From: Catajapyx aquilonaris
Lineage: Eukaryota
Length of the DNA: 35,159 nt
NCBI GenBank assembly: GCA_000934665.2
Contig: JYFJ02004063.1
Coordinates: 1-35,159, forward strand
Direction: 5' to 3'
This document shows, piece after piece, positions 10,956-23,379 of the stretch. The notes beneath the pieces are model-generated. The model saw nothing but the letters and a program-made list of their open reading frames with translations. It did no database searches and had not been told where the DNA came from. A program made the position numbers and the translations under genes. The first letter of the stretch is position 1; the number at the start of each line of letters is the position of its first letter.

Positions 10956-13900
10956 TAGGGTGACCAACCGTCCCGGTTTGCCCGGGACTCTCCCAGTTTT
11001 GACACCTAAGTCCCGTGTCCCGGGCATACCCTCCCCGGGACGCATAAATGTCCCGGATTTCGTCAAGTAGTGTGCATATGGACGTTGGACGACCAATGGT
11101 CCTAAATGGTACATAAGACTACAACCCTACACACAATAAAGTTGCGCCGGTGCGGTGGTTGGCTGAATGGCTGTGGGAGAAGGCAGATGGCAGAATCTCA
11201 TATATATCTATGCTACCATCAGCCATCTTCTGCCACCGATCACCGTCCACTACCGGCGCCACTAAACAGTGCGTTCAAGCTTCAAGGTTCAACCCTGGTT
11301 CAGCTAGCTGACACCAGATGGTGCCCTCCGAAGTCAGCTAGAGAGTAGAGACAGGCAGCTAGAGCGGGAGACGTGAGAACTAGAATCTAGAAGTCTAGAA
11401 CCTAGAAGAGTTGTTGGCTGTTACAGTAAAGTAATGCAGTCAGCAGGGGGGAGGGGGCAGGCACAGAGGCACTAGAAGTAGAGTACAGATGTACAGTGTA
11501 CACTGTACAGACTACAGGAGAGGTGACGCAGTACAAGTACAGGACGAAGATCGTCACACTCAGCACGCACAGTACTGAGTACGCACTGTACCTCTGTACG
11601 CTAGTACGTCAGTACGTGTAAGGACGAAGTACAGTACAGGCACGCCACACGCGGCAGAGGCAGACGGCGTCGGGATCTGGGACACTGGGAGGTAGGCGGT
11701 AGGCCGGTAGTGGTCTGCGGTCTTATTGTCAGTTTGGTTTGGTTTGAGAGTTATTCCTTGACTGTCCTCTGTCCGCTTGTTCTGGCAGGTGCTGGCTCTG
11801 TGTATGATTTCACTGGTGAATCTGGCACTGGGGAGCTGACGCTGACCATCTGTGCAGGAGAGGTGCTGTCGTGCTGAACATTACCACTTACCAGGCAGGA
11901 TGATGGAGAGGGATGGTGGGATATTCTGTGTGGGGCACTGGACGTCTGGACTTGAATGATAGGCATTGGTTTGGCTTGAGAGTTATTCTGTGTGGCTGAA
12001 TGATAGGCACTGCTTTGATAGGCCAGATTTGTGACCATGGTTAGTTCAGACTCTTCAGAGTCAGACGACAATAAGGATTGCCATTCCAGCCAGACGCAGA
12101 CACCACCAAAAAAAGTCAAACGTCTGTGTTACTTCAATGGTAACTGGAGAAACAAATACTCATGGATTCGAGAGGTGGGCAACAAAAACCGAGCATATTG
12201 TACAATATGTAGAAAAGAATTTGGAATTGGACATGGTGGGGAAGGGGATGTGAAAACGCACATGGAGACGGAATGTCACAAGTCTGGGATGAGACAAACA
12301 AGTTCTTCTAAGTCAATAAAAAGCTTTTTTGTCTCTCAAACAGACACAAAGTCTCAGTCCCAAGTGGCAGCTGCTGAACTGTCATGGGCTTACCACACAA
12401 ATTTCCATGCATTATCATATCGTTCATTGGATTGCTCAATAAAATTGAGTAAAATATCATTTCCTGATTCAGAGGTTGCAACTAAAATGTCATGTGGGCG
12501 AACGAAGGGGGAAACACTCATAACAGATGTGTTGGCCCCTTACAGTGTAGGGCTGATTTTGTCGGACCTCAGCAAAGATTATGCCTTCTACAGCATATCA
12601 AGTGATGCATCAAATCATGGTAACAAAAAAATGTTTCCTGTATCACTTCGATACTTTCATTTGAAAAATGGGACGACTAATTGCCTCCTTGATTTCTATG
12701 AAGATTGCAATGAGACGTCTGACAACATCAAGCAAAAGATTGTTGATATTTGGCCAAATACAAACTAGACATTGCTCATCTGTCAGCTTATTCGGCAGAT
12801 AGTGCAAATGTGAATTTTGGCAAATTTCATTCAGTGTATCAACTTTTGACAATCGAAAATGACAAGATTTTAGCTGCCAAATGCCCTGCCCATCTTGTCC
12901 ATAATGCTGCGAAAAAAGGGTGTGATTTGCTGGCATGTGATGTGGAAGCTTTCATCATGAAAGTATTTGGTCACTTCTCTGTGTCTGCAAAACGGGCAGC
13001 AGCTTTGAATGATTTTTTTGATTTCTTGGATATGGAAGCAGATCGCCTGCTAAGGCATGTGCCAACAAGATGGCTGTCATTGTTGCCAGCCATAGAAAAA
13101 ATGCTCAAGTGTTGGCCAGCTGTCAAGTCCTATTTCCAAAGTCTGGGGCAAGAAGACTGTCCTACATTTATATGGAAACATATCGATGATGAGGCAGGAG
13201 AACAGAGTGGATGTAAAACAGAAATTTACTTGTTGTTTCTCCAAAATGTACTGAGGGTTTTTGAAGAGGCTATCAGGAGCCTTGAAAAAGATGAATTGAC
13301 AGTAACTGAACTGTACGAAGTGATGAGTAGGTTGTGGCAAAAACTCAAACAAAGAAAAACTGACTCATTTTTTGGACACATGACAGTCACAGAACTTCGA
13401 AAACTGTCACCAGGAGATGCACGTAAAATCAAGCAGGACTTTCTCCGGTTTTTTACTAAAACTATTGATTATCTCGAATCAAACTTTGACTTTACAAATT
13501 CAAATTACCTCTGTGCATTGACACCATTTTCGCTGAAAACAAAAAGCTTGACTTATGAGGACATCCAAAGTGCATCTGAGTGTCTAAAAATGATGGACGT
13601 ATTGGATATGGATAGCCTATACGATGAATTCATTGATGCAAAACATTTCATGGACAATCAAATGGCCTTCCCCGACAAAGCAGTAGACAAAAAATGGGTG
13701 GACATTTTTGGTGAACTGGAGAGTAATTCATACAAGTTCAAAAACCTGTTGTTGCTTATAAGCAAGATTCTAAGTATTCCTTGTGCAAATGCTTTTGTGG
13801 AAAGAATATTTAGCATGATGGCGTCTCACTGGAATGATACCAGGAATCGGTGTAATGTGGGCTTGATGAGGGCAGAGTTGCAAGTCAAAGTTAATTTTAA

Positions 13901-14030
13901 ATTCGACTGTCTTCAGTTTTACCATTATATAAAAGACAAGAGAGATGTTCTAAAAGCTGCAGGCAGCTCAGATAAGTATTATTGGAAAGGGAAACCGAAA
14001 GATTGAAAAGGTTGCATATCAATATTCAGA
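10956..14030 (+). mobile_element. hAT DNA transposon, Blackjack-like; left end intact, matching right TIR not found
   Basis: Left terminus TAGGGTGACCAACCGTCCCGG with repeated GTCCCG/CGGGAC subterminal motifs, and an internal hAT transposase. Confidence 0.85.
12037..14006 (+). pseudogene. hAT transposase (~655 aa) with one frameshift at ~12750
   Basis: BED-like finger CTIC..H..ECH; catalytic motifs SISSDASN, YSADSANVNFG, CPAH (CxxH), PTRW and PCANAFVERIFS. ORFs 12031-12768 and 12750-14006 join if one T is added to GATATTTGGCC. Confidence 0.88.
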
Positions 14031-14104
14031 TATATTTAACGCTGACTCTCACATAGCAGCTACATAGCTGACGCGTTTTGGTGTCGTCAGCCATTTTCAT
14101 TCCA

Positions 14105-14162
14105 ATATGGCGGCACAATATGTGCACTTACCCCGGGTGTGCACTTCCCCCACTTCACCCTA
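14105..14162. mobile_element. Terminus of a probably different DNA element (pogo/mariner-like end)
   Basis: Tandem GTGCACTT(A/C)CCC repeats ending in CACTTCACCCTA. Confidence 0.4.
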
Positions 14163-14539
14163 CTTAGGATTACCCTGTGTGTACAGAAATAAGATCCCTG
14201 CGATCATAATAATAAATCACTGCGGTTCATTCTCAAAATATCCCCAAGATATATGTTATTATTTATAGACATCGCAATTCAAGCAGCGCATGACACGGGT
14301 CATGGCTTGGTGGTTGCTTCATTCGCTCTTCTTCTGCTTCTTTTGGTTCTGCGGAGAAAGGAATGAGAGTAGCCTACCACTCCACGAGCTCACATTTTTG
14401 AGCGAGAATTAAATCCGTTTCCGGTCCAGATTCAAAATAATCAGGCGGCTTGCCCAGTCATACGTAATGAACGGAGACAGATACAGATAGATAACAAAGC
14501 AGAGGGCAGGTCCAAACGAGCTGACTTACGTGATCAGGA

Positions 14540-14860
14540 GTTGGAAATGGGCGCGCATACGTCACTCCGCGTCACACGAACTCCCTTCTGCCACCTAGCG
14601 GCCATAGTCAGAAGCTGAATATCGATATTATTTCCTATTGCTACCATCAACTGGAGGTAAATATCGGTATCATGGTAGAGGTGACAACACATACACAACT
14701 GCTACAATTAGGCTGGTAAGTAGGTTTACTTTTGATGTGTAATCCGGTGAAACCTGTCCAAGGCACGTCTGAAGAGTATCCGTATCTGAATAAGCCTGTA
14801 TCATATGATCGATATATCGATAGAGTTTTTACCGATCTTAAAATATCGATTCGATACTTC
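14540..14860 (+). promoter_or_regulatory. PDK promoter region with DRE sites and a CTCF-like site
   Basis: TATCGATA at 14620-14627 and 14815-14822, with ATCGAT variants at ~14808 and ~14845. TGCCACCTAGCGGCCA at 14589-14604 (CTCF-like). CRE-like TACGTCA at ~14558. Locally CpG-rich. Confidence 0.6.
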
Positions 14861-15100
14861 CAGGGCCAGAAGAGGCCGAGTTCGGACGAAGGTACACAAG
14901 GTGCTCGGTGCTTATTATGTTGTAGGGTGAAAGGAAAGCAGCTGCTGGTGAGTGCGCAACTGCAGTACTGCACGAGACGAGTGGGTGGTGTGCAGCAAGT
15001 CCGGCTGTCGGAGGCTTGCGATACATGAAGCTGGTCATTGCTTGTTCCACCTGTTCTTCTCAACGGGAAGTGATCTGCGAGTGGTCTCCAAGGCACCACC

Positions 15101-15200
15101 ATGAAGACGACGATGGTTCTCAGGTCCATCACCAAGATGTTGGACTTTTATTCACAGTTCAACCCGTCACCCCTGTCCATTAAGCAGTTTATCGACTTTG
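15101..15200 (+). CDS. Pdk: Pyruvate dehydrogenase kinase exon 1
   Basis: CACCACC-ATG start; MKTTMVLRSITKMLDFYSQFNPSPLSIKQFIDF(G), a PDK N-terminal motif. Donor G|GTGAGT at 15201, phase 1. Confidence 0.93.
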
Positions 15201-16038
15201 GTGAGTATATAAATGCAGTAATTCCCTTTTCAGAGAATGGTACTGGGGGTCATTGACCTTTAATTGCTAGTTGGGTCGATATTTGGTAAAGGTTCAAGGT
15301 AGCCTACATGGCTCTTTGACCACACTCGAAGTAAATGGTTTACTTGTGATTTAACCTTGATATTGTTTGGTAATTGTTACAAATGAAAAGCAAGGATAAA
15401 CCAGCCTCAGATCATTTGTTTTCAGTGGTAAACCTGGGCCACAGAGAATTGGGATCATTGATTAGTTCACATGAGTCACTTGGTCATGGACCTTGAGGAC
15501 GCGAAACATTTTGAGTGGCATTGATGTTTTATGTGCAGTGCATGCCCGGGATTTATAAACAGTTCATCATTCCTTTAGGCAGGTGCATTCCATTGTTGAT
15601 AATAGTCATTATCTCTTCGTGAGGTACACTGATCTCCTTATTGTGGCACTTTCCGGTGCCATTCGGACTTTGTCCCTGACATTGCCATAGTGAAGCAAAT
15701 GTGAAACCCAGACGTTAAATTGAGGACAATCGCAGAAGTTATTTGCAGGCGGTCGTTCACCTTATCAGGGCTTTCCGCATTCTTCAAATGTCTTGATAGT
15801 CTCTGATGGTTGAACTGGGCATGGAAGACCCTGGTTTGGAATAGAATGGGGGGATTGGGGGAATCCCTCGTGTGTGAGGCCTTTTGCTCTCCCTTTCATT
15901 ATTATTTAGTTTGTTTTATTTGTTACAAACCTTTGTAATGGGGCACCCTGAGTGCCAATGGCACTAGCTTAGCTGGTACCTCCATAGCAACCCTAGTTCC
16001 ATCTCTAGTTATTGCAAAATTGATGTGCAGGTGCTTAA

Positions 16039-16321
16039 CCCAGGAACTGAGATGTGCCTGAAAGCTACGGCAACCGTGACGTGGGGTCTTTTAGGACCCC
16101 ATCCATATTTTAATTTTTATTAATTTTTATATAATACTTTTCGATGTATTGACTATATGTAATCATTCTTTGAACAATGCCTAAAATAATCGCTAAGGCA
16201 AAATAAACATGCACTTCATGTTATATACTTTTTTTAAATGGCATAAGTTCACTGTAATTATCATTTTCATGCATTTTAATTCCATTGGGGTCCTAAAAGA
16301 CGCCACGTCACGGTTCCAGGG
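16039..16321. mobile_element. piggyBac-type MITE
   Basis: TTAA|CCC...GGG|TTAA with subterminal TGGGGTC-TTTTA-GGACCCCA palindromes; the left TIR is split by a 27-bp insert. Confidence 0.8.
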
Positions 16322-16844
16322 TTAAAATACTTTGAAGACCACAGTCATTATAAATTCCAGGGATGTGTCTAAAAATTTGCTTGGCCCATCTCCTGCGAAT
16401 TGCACCCTAATCTAGGTCATTGACTTCTGAAAGAACACCAAAATTATTAGAACTAATCACTTCATTATGCTTAGTCCCCTCGCTCCTGCTCCTTTATGTG
16501 AGTCATGGTATGAAAGTTAAGATAAATTCATCAGATAATGATTGAATGTTCAATTAGTAATATTGAAATAAAACACTTCCGCATTATATGAGCCCAGTGG
16601 ACATGTACTAATCATGCTTAGAACAAATCTGTCACAAAATAATTATTGTACTTGATGAAATGATAAGTGCTTGTTACTAAATAGACACAACTAAAGAGAG
16701 TTCACAACCTTTTGATTCCTACCCTGAAAATGCAGTTTATACCTAGGTCATTGACCCATGTGACGGATATGTTGGTTAATTAAAAACAATTGAATTTATG
16801 CGTTACTTGAAACATATTTTTAATTATGGGGCAGTCTATATGTA

Positions 16845-17049
16845 CAGTCCCGAGCATAAAGTTGGCAGGCCTTCCCCTTTGGCAGAGTGCTCTGCCAATC
16901 CCCGCCATTGGGGTATCAAATATACGGTTATAAATTCACGAACACATGCCTAAAGCAGCTAACTGGGTCCGAAAAGAGTCAATTAAATTGAGTCAGATAA
17001 TGGGGGTCAGAGAAGGCCTGCAGCATCTCCAACTTTGTGTTTGGGACTG
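16845..17049. mobile_element. Tc1/mariner-type MITE
   Basis: TA|CAGTCCCGAGCATAAAGTTGG ... CCAACTTTGTGTTTGGGACTG|TA. Confidence 0.75.
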
Positions 17050-17493
17050 TACATTGTGCTGACCTTGAGCTTGTTGGACACCCCCTTACTCCCATATCAT
17101 GCAGAGTTATACTGGGTCAGACCCCCTACTCCCTATCAGTGATATACTTTATGCATGACCTGAATTTTCTCATTTTGTGTCTCCCAAACAGACACACCCC
17201 CTCTTTTTAGTTTGTCCTTTCCACAAGAACTGATGCTTGCAACTAAATATACACAGACCATATGCACTATACAATGTTATAGAAGTCTGTGATTGGAATC
17301 AGGGATGTACGTACATGTGTGTGATGATTGACTAGGCTTTTATTGTGCAAGAGGAACAATGACTCTGCTGTGCCAGAACAAATCCTCAGTGTATGATGAT
17401 AACCATAATAGGAAGGAACATACTGTATGTAGAGCAGGGGATCATCGTGCATGCCACCACTTAGTGTGTTTTTTTATGAAGAAGGCTATTTAT

Positions 17494-17854
17494 TTTTATT
17501 TTATTTTTTATTTTTTATTTTTCGTACCCCTTGATGGCCCTCTATGGGCCTTTCGGGGGGTGGCAGACCACCATACAGTTTTCTAATTAGTTTTTCTTCG
17601 AATCACCGGTGCAAGGATTACTGGGAAATAGGGTAAGGGTTGGGGATTTGGGGAGGGGACACATGTGCAGGTGCATTGTCCAGCGGTGGGCCAGGTGCAG
17701 TCCCCCAGGAGGTCAAGTTGGCAAGACGCCTCCTTAGGCGCGGGTCACGACCCATTGATGCAAGCGAAAGGTTTGTTCCCGGGTGGGGATTTGAACCCGG
17801 GACCTTTCGCATAGCAAGCCGAGACGTTACCATCTCGGCCACCGTGCCTCCCCC
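17494..17854 (-). mobile_element. SINE family A (diverged subfamily)
   Basis: Head GGCCGAGATGGTAACGTCTCGGCTTGC; TSD GAAG(G/A)CTATTTAT. Confidence 0.85.
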
Positions 17855-17970
17855 GAAGACTATTTATAAACATGTATAAAGCTCATCACTATGTATTTAA
17901 GTACAATTTTTATATTTGCATTTATGGTTTGATATCTGAGTTAAACCCCCACCTCAATGTCACAGTTTAT

Positions 17971-18253
17971 TGGGAGACGGAGTGGCACTGCAGTAACATA
18001 TGCACCCACAGATGGAAGGGTCCTGGGTTTCCCCCCTTCATCTCGTGCAGAGTTGGGTCGTCTCTGACTTCATCTTGGGTGGAATCTCCGATAGACTAGT
18101 CCACCCAGGGGAGTTCACGAAATGTACCGTTTGAGACATTGCACTTGTATTTTGCACATTCCCTCCCAGTCACCCTGCCCTTGGACCAGGGCGATTCGTA
18201 AAGAGGTTCCCCCAAAAGGGCCTAACACCTGGTATTATTTAAATAAATAAAAA
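17971..18253 (+). mobile_element. SINE family B (B-box partly deleted)
   Basis: GGGAGACGGAGTGGC head; 12-bp TSD GTCACAGTTTAT. Confidence 0.85.
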
Positions 18254-19224
18254 GTCACAGTTTATCATGCCAGCATCAACCACCTTGCTTACCAGGGAGT
18301 GACATACTTTATGGATGACCCCTAACTGATGAATGTGTCGATTGTCACAGGATACAAAGAATTAGGGTTAGACCGGTGGTTGGACCTGTCAACAGCAGCA
18401 AGTAGCCGCAAGTAGCTTTGCTATTTTTGGCTCAAGTGCAATGCAATGACATTGTATTGTGGACACTCTCAGTTTCTCACTGTTGGCTCAAACCGGATTC
18501 CAACATCCCTATTGTAAGTGAAAATGTAGAGCATATTATGGTATTATACAATAGACCTGGACCTTCACATTTATGTACAGTACTGCCTAGTTACTAATGA
18601 TTGATTATTTTTATGCAAGGAAACCTTTTGGGGTTTTAAAAATAGCCACATGCTACACTGGGTAGCCTAGAAAGCATTTTCAAGGCCGTTGATATCATAA
18701 AATGTAATCTATAGGCAACACCATGTACCTTTAAAAATCGGCTTCACCTATTGTTGCTATAAAAATGAGATTAAAATTCCTGCAAATTTGATCTCGCTCC
18801 TGCAGCCCTTTGAATTTTAAAAACATTGCAAATTGCCAATTGACCAGTGTATTTCAGTTTATTGTTCTTCTTTTCAATTCTAGCTTTCACTTTTTCATTC
18901 ACGCTATCATGTAGCTTTTCCTACATAATCTTATTGCCCTGGCCCCAAATAGGTGTCTAAAAGTTTTCCCTATCTCATATAAAATGTTATTCTTCCACCA
19001 TATGAATATCTGCTCCTTGTTTGTCGCTGTTTTACACTAGTACAAACAACATCAAATTTGAATTTGTGCACTGTGGAGTTAATTTTAATGGAATATGAAT
19101 AATTAGTGACAAGCATGGTGTCAAGCATTCATATGTCAGAGTAGTGGAATTCTGTCCTGCCACTGGCTGTCTAAATGTGGCCCACTCCAGATCACTTATC
19201 ATGATGAGATGATGTTTAACACTA

Positions 19225-19794
19225 CAGGAAGTACTCATTTTACGCCGTTAATGAGTTCTAGCAAATCGCGGCGTAAAGTGAATCGGGGTAAAACGAGACA
19301 AAATTATAATGTAAGTAAACGAGAAATGAGAAATTTCCATAAGCAGTACTAATATTGCTGTTTTTAACGCCAAATATTTGAAATATTGATTAATGGGAGG
19401 TTTCAGGTTGGGGGCCATCTGGTTCTGAGGGCTCCTTATTTTGGCAAGAACTGCAGGACACTTTGGGTATTTAACAATGGTTAGAGTACTTCAGGGAGTG
19501 CCGAGACCAACAATACGGTACCATGCCATGGTATTGGACATGGTACTGTATAGTGTATAATTATATCGATAGAACTTGCCACAAGGCACCAGGAAAAACT
19601 AAAGAAGAACCTAGTTATGGTTGTGTGTTTGGTCTCAGAAGTGTTGAAGTGATGTGTTTATGTTTATATTGCGTTATATTCAAATTTGTCAGAAAATTTC
19701 GAAAAAAAAATATTTCAAATGTAATTTTAAAACCGGCGCGGCGTGTTAATGTGAAACGTCGTAAAATGGAGCAGCGTAAAACGGGTACTTCCTG
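19225..19794. mobile_element. Tigger/pogo-like MITE
   Basis: TA|CAGGAAGTACTCATTTTACGC ... GCGTAAAACGGGTACTTCCTG|TA with CGTAAAA subterminal repeats. Confidence 0.8.
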
Positions 19795-19804
19795 TATACT
19801 ACTT

Positions 19805-19931
19805 GGGCCGGTTTCACCGAGCTCAGTATATGATAAAACCAGGGTTCTTTCTCAAAATCCCTATCTATTTGTATGGGATTTTCCTAAAGAAACCTGGTTT
19901 TATCATATACCAAGCTCGGTGAAACCGGCCC
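19805..19931. mobile_element. Short palindromic MITE
   Basis: GGGCCGGTTTCACCGAGCT ... AGCTCGGTGAAACCGGCCC; nearly the whole element folds back. Confidence 0.8.
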
Positions 19932-22222
19932 TCAACCATGCAAACGTTATGAGAATATTGAACAGCAAACGTAGTGTCTGAAATGAAATTCGCTGCTCGA
20001 TGGTGTCCACGCCTTTCCATGGTAAATATATTTACGATCCCTCATCTGATGTGACGCCCGAGTTTCTTCAGAAAGCTATTGGCCAGTGTTGACAAGATGT
20101 CACCCTTGCGGAAATCCGTGAACTGACATTGTGGGAAAGGCATGATAATTTTTAAAACAACTTGATTCTCCCTGCCCCCCTCAATATTTGTTCCATATTT
20201 GTCCCCAGAGGTTAATTGACCCGGCCTGTCCACATGTGCGGTATAAATACGGCCGGCATTGCGTAAACATCTGCGCAACCTGCCGTTATGTGGCAAAGCC
20301 ATATGAATGATATGCTGACTCAAGTGGTCGTAACTCACGTGAAGCATGCTAATCCAGACGTTCAAAAATATTGTACCAAATTACGCATCCACTCTGGAGC
20401 CCCACATGTGTGGCAATAAGATTATGTAATGCAGGTAATATGTTTATGTGCCAAAAAGGTGGTGTAATGTCCACTGGATACTTGCATGAATTGCAAACGT
20501 GTCGGAGGAGTGAAATCAATGCGTGGTGAAGACGTGCGAGGAATACGATACGCTTCTGCACGGAATCGCTCATGGAAGTCGCATGAAGGACTTGCTTACG
20601 TCCTCTCTTGTGCAAGGCCATGGCTAGAGATCAGTATGCGCCAGAAATGCCTGAAATTCAGGTCTGGACATTTCTCGCGGGTTTGATATGCGACGAGGTC
20701 AGAGGCTAGCCTGCCGGTTAGTTCTGGTTCGGACATAAAAGTGGGACATCGCGTGGCCTTGAACCTCTGACGTGATCATAGTGTTTTTGCACCATTAGTT
20801 GCATTAGGATTATTCTTTGGACAGATAGCGGGAAAAGGGGTACCGAGCAGGTACGAAACTGGGCCCTGAGGTGTTGAACTGAGAACTGACAAAGTGGTTG
20901 GGAAACCCGAGTTGGGGGTCCAGGGGGTCCGGTGCCGGCATTTTTGGCATTGCTTGTATTTGCGTGGACGTGACGTCTGCTAAATGACGCACGCGTATCA
21001 ATCTTTTCAGCACGTGGATGCTGTAAGCAAATCGACACCGGCGCTGCGTTCCCGCGAGGAAATTTTGGCTACTCGCCTGTTTCCAACGACCCCCCAAGGA
21101 CTTGAACGTGTCAAGAGCCGTTTGATTGGCACCGATTGAGACCACTTTAGCCGCGTACTTTTTTGGCCTCGACGTCGTCACGTGTCGAGGTCGTAACTAA
21201 CTAGTGCCCTGTAAGTGCCGGTCCAGGATATTTTCAGTAAAGCGGTTGATTTGGGGCCGGGAGCACGTTTTGGCAAGGGCTAAAAATGTTCTGCGTGGCT
21301 CAGCGTGGCTACAACATTGAAAGGGACGTAAGATCAGACATGTTGTAGGTCATTTGGGTGGGCTCCGCACGGATACCATGTACACATATTCCCACATGCA
21401 TTTATAGAATGTAGGATTATTATATTGTTATCGTAATGAGTAGCTATGTGGCGGTTTTGCGTGTGTGTATCTGCGCCAAGACAGTACTGTTGCTCGTCAC
21501 GGTGCGATTGACCTCAGCTATTAGGCTGTATGACTCTATCTTGTTTACTGACAAGGATTCTTCTAGAAATGTGAGAAGCACAACACTGAAAAAAAGTAAA
21601 TTCAATAGAAAGGCACGTGTTTTGATGATTACAACTAGTTGGCCTTGAGCTTTTTATGACGTACAATATTACACTTACGACGTGTTTGTCTGGGTTGTGG
21701 GTAGTTACACTTTACTGTAGCCTACTGTATATAATATGATATTGGCAAGTAGGAGATCGCAATATTAGGATGACTAGATTTGAGAATGATACAGGATGAG
21801 GCGGCTCATACCCACTAGAAGCAATGACCAGCAATAACGCCGCTTTCTGAGTGGGAATTATCTTTGATTACAGTATCGTATTCAAGGAGCAGGTGCTATT
21901 GTGACACATTTTGGTGTGAATAATTGGACCCTCGGGGTTGATACTGAGGTCATATGGTACAACCACGTATACGCTCTGTGAAGTTCCGTGTGCTTGCAAA
22001 AGGTCAGAGCCTAATACTAGTTGGTTTAGGCTGGTGATTGTGATTGGTGATACTCGGTTTGGATGACGTAACGTAACCGGCCGGGACATGCAGAAACTTT
22101 TTTGGGGAAAACATGTCTGCCACATAAAACGATCATAGCAACTTCGAGACCGGGAGAAAAATAATGTAGCATGAGCATATACGGTACTGCGCAAGCTCAA
22201 GTATGTTTTGGTAGCAATTTAT

Positions 22223-22331
22223 GGGTGGAATTTTCGTCATACTACTAGTAGCATACTACTTAGCAGTACCATTGCATTACACTGGTACTGCTAAGTTAAA
22301 AGTAACTAGTAGTACAACGAAAATTCCACCC
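22223..22331. mobile_element. Short palindromic MITE, related to 26101-26197
   Basis: GGGTGGAATTTTCGT ... ACGAAAATTCCACCC flanked by TAT on both sides. Confidence 0.7.
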
Positions 22332-23245
22332 TATGTAACTATGAAGAGTGGCATAGTTTTGAGGATCGCGCAGGATTGCGCATGCTAGGCAGTGGGCATT
22401 CACGTTACATACTTGCGTGGATTAGATTATTAATGTGTACGTCGCTTGTGCTACAGCTGGCGAGTTTGGCACCCAGTTTGTTTATCTAACCGATGGAGAT
22501 AAGCCAGTTCAAGCCCCGTTCAAACCCCCTAATACAACCTGATAAGTGACGAAATAAATGCTAATCCATTCATGACCTAGGATTTTCACAAGCTGTTTCA
22601 GATTGGTAATCTAGACCTAGAGTATAAGGTCAAATATGTCGTCATGTGTTGGTCATGACACATTGCGAAAAGAGGTGTAGGTTAAATGTGAATTTAGAGC
22701 ATGAGCGATAAATCCGTGGGCTATTTTCATTATGTGATCGAAGATTAACAGGATGAGTGGCTCCTATGATAGAAGCTGCCATGCTGCATCAGTTACCATT
22801 GAAATGTCTCACTGTCAGTAGGAGGAGTGATATCCTCATTGGAGTGGGTATTGATTATGATATGGCTTGAAACGTGATCATGGTTCGATATTATACAACT
22901 TTTTAGGAATATTTGAGAGACCATTATTTTAATTTGTTAATATCATAAATTGTTGGCCTTGGGCTTAGCATTACTAACATGTTGCGCATTTTTAAATGCA
23001 AGAGGGATGATTTCTGTGCTGTCATCGGGAAACGGTGCCCTTGAACCACTGGATGTCACGATTTCAAGGTCACATTGCGACGTGGGGGGGGGGGGGGGGN
23101 GGGGCATTGTAGCCTATGTCATGATGTTGCTTGTTTTTGTTATAGGTCACTTATTTAATATGTCGAAATATTATCCAGTCCCACTCACAAGTCACCTTGT
23201 TTTATATTAGGCTGTATACAGGCCTAAATATTAAAAGTTTTATGG

Positions 23246-23287
23246 ATTATTATTATTATTAATATGATGATGATGATGATGATGATG

Positions 23288-23360
<73 letters not shown>

Positions 23361-23379
23361 TTGATCTTAATTGGTGCAA
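23246..23379. repeat. Compound microsatellite (ATT)n(GAT)n(ATT)n
   Basis: Seen directly; it produces the poly-Ile and poly-Met ORF artefacts. Confidence 0.95.

Noticed and set aside
14732..15028. 98-aa ORF upstream of PDK
   Set aside because: It spans DRE promoter motifs, has no recognisable domain, and is probably partly upstream of the TSS.
23084..23104. G-run as a G-quadruplex element
   Set aside because: A homopolymer containing an N, so its length is unreliable, and there is no supporting context.
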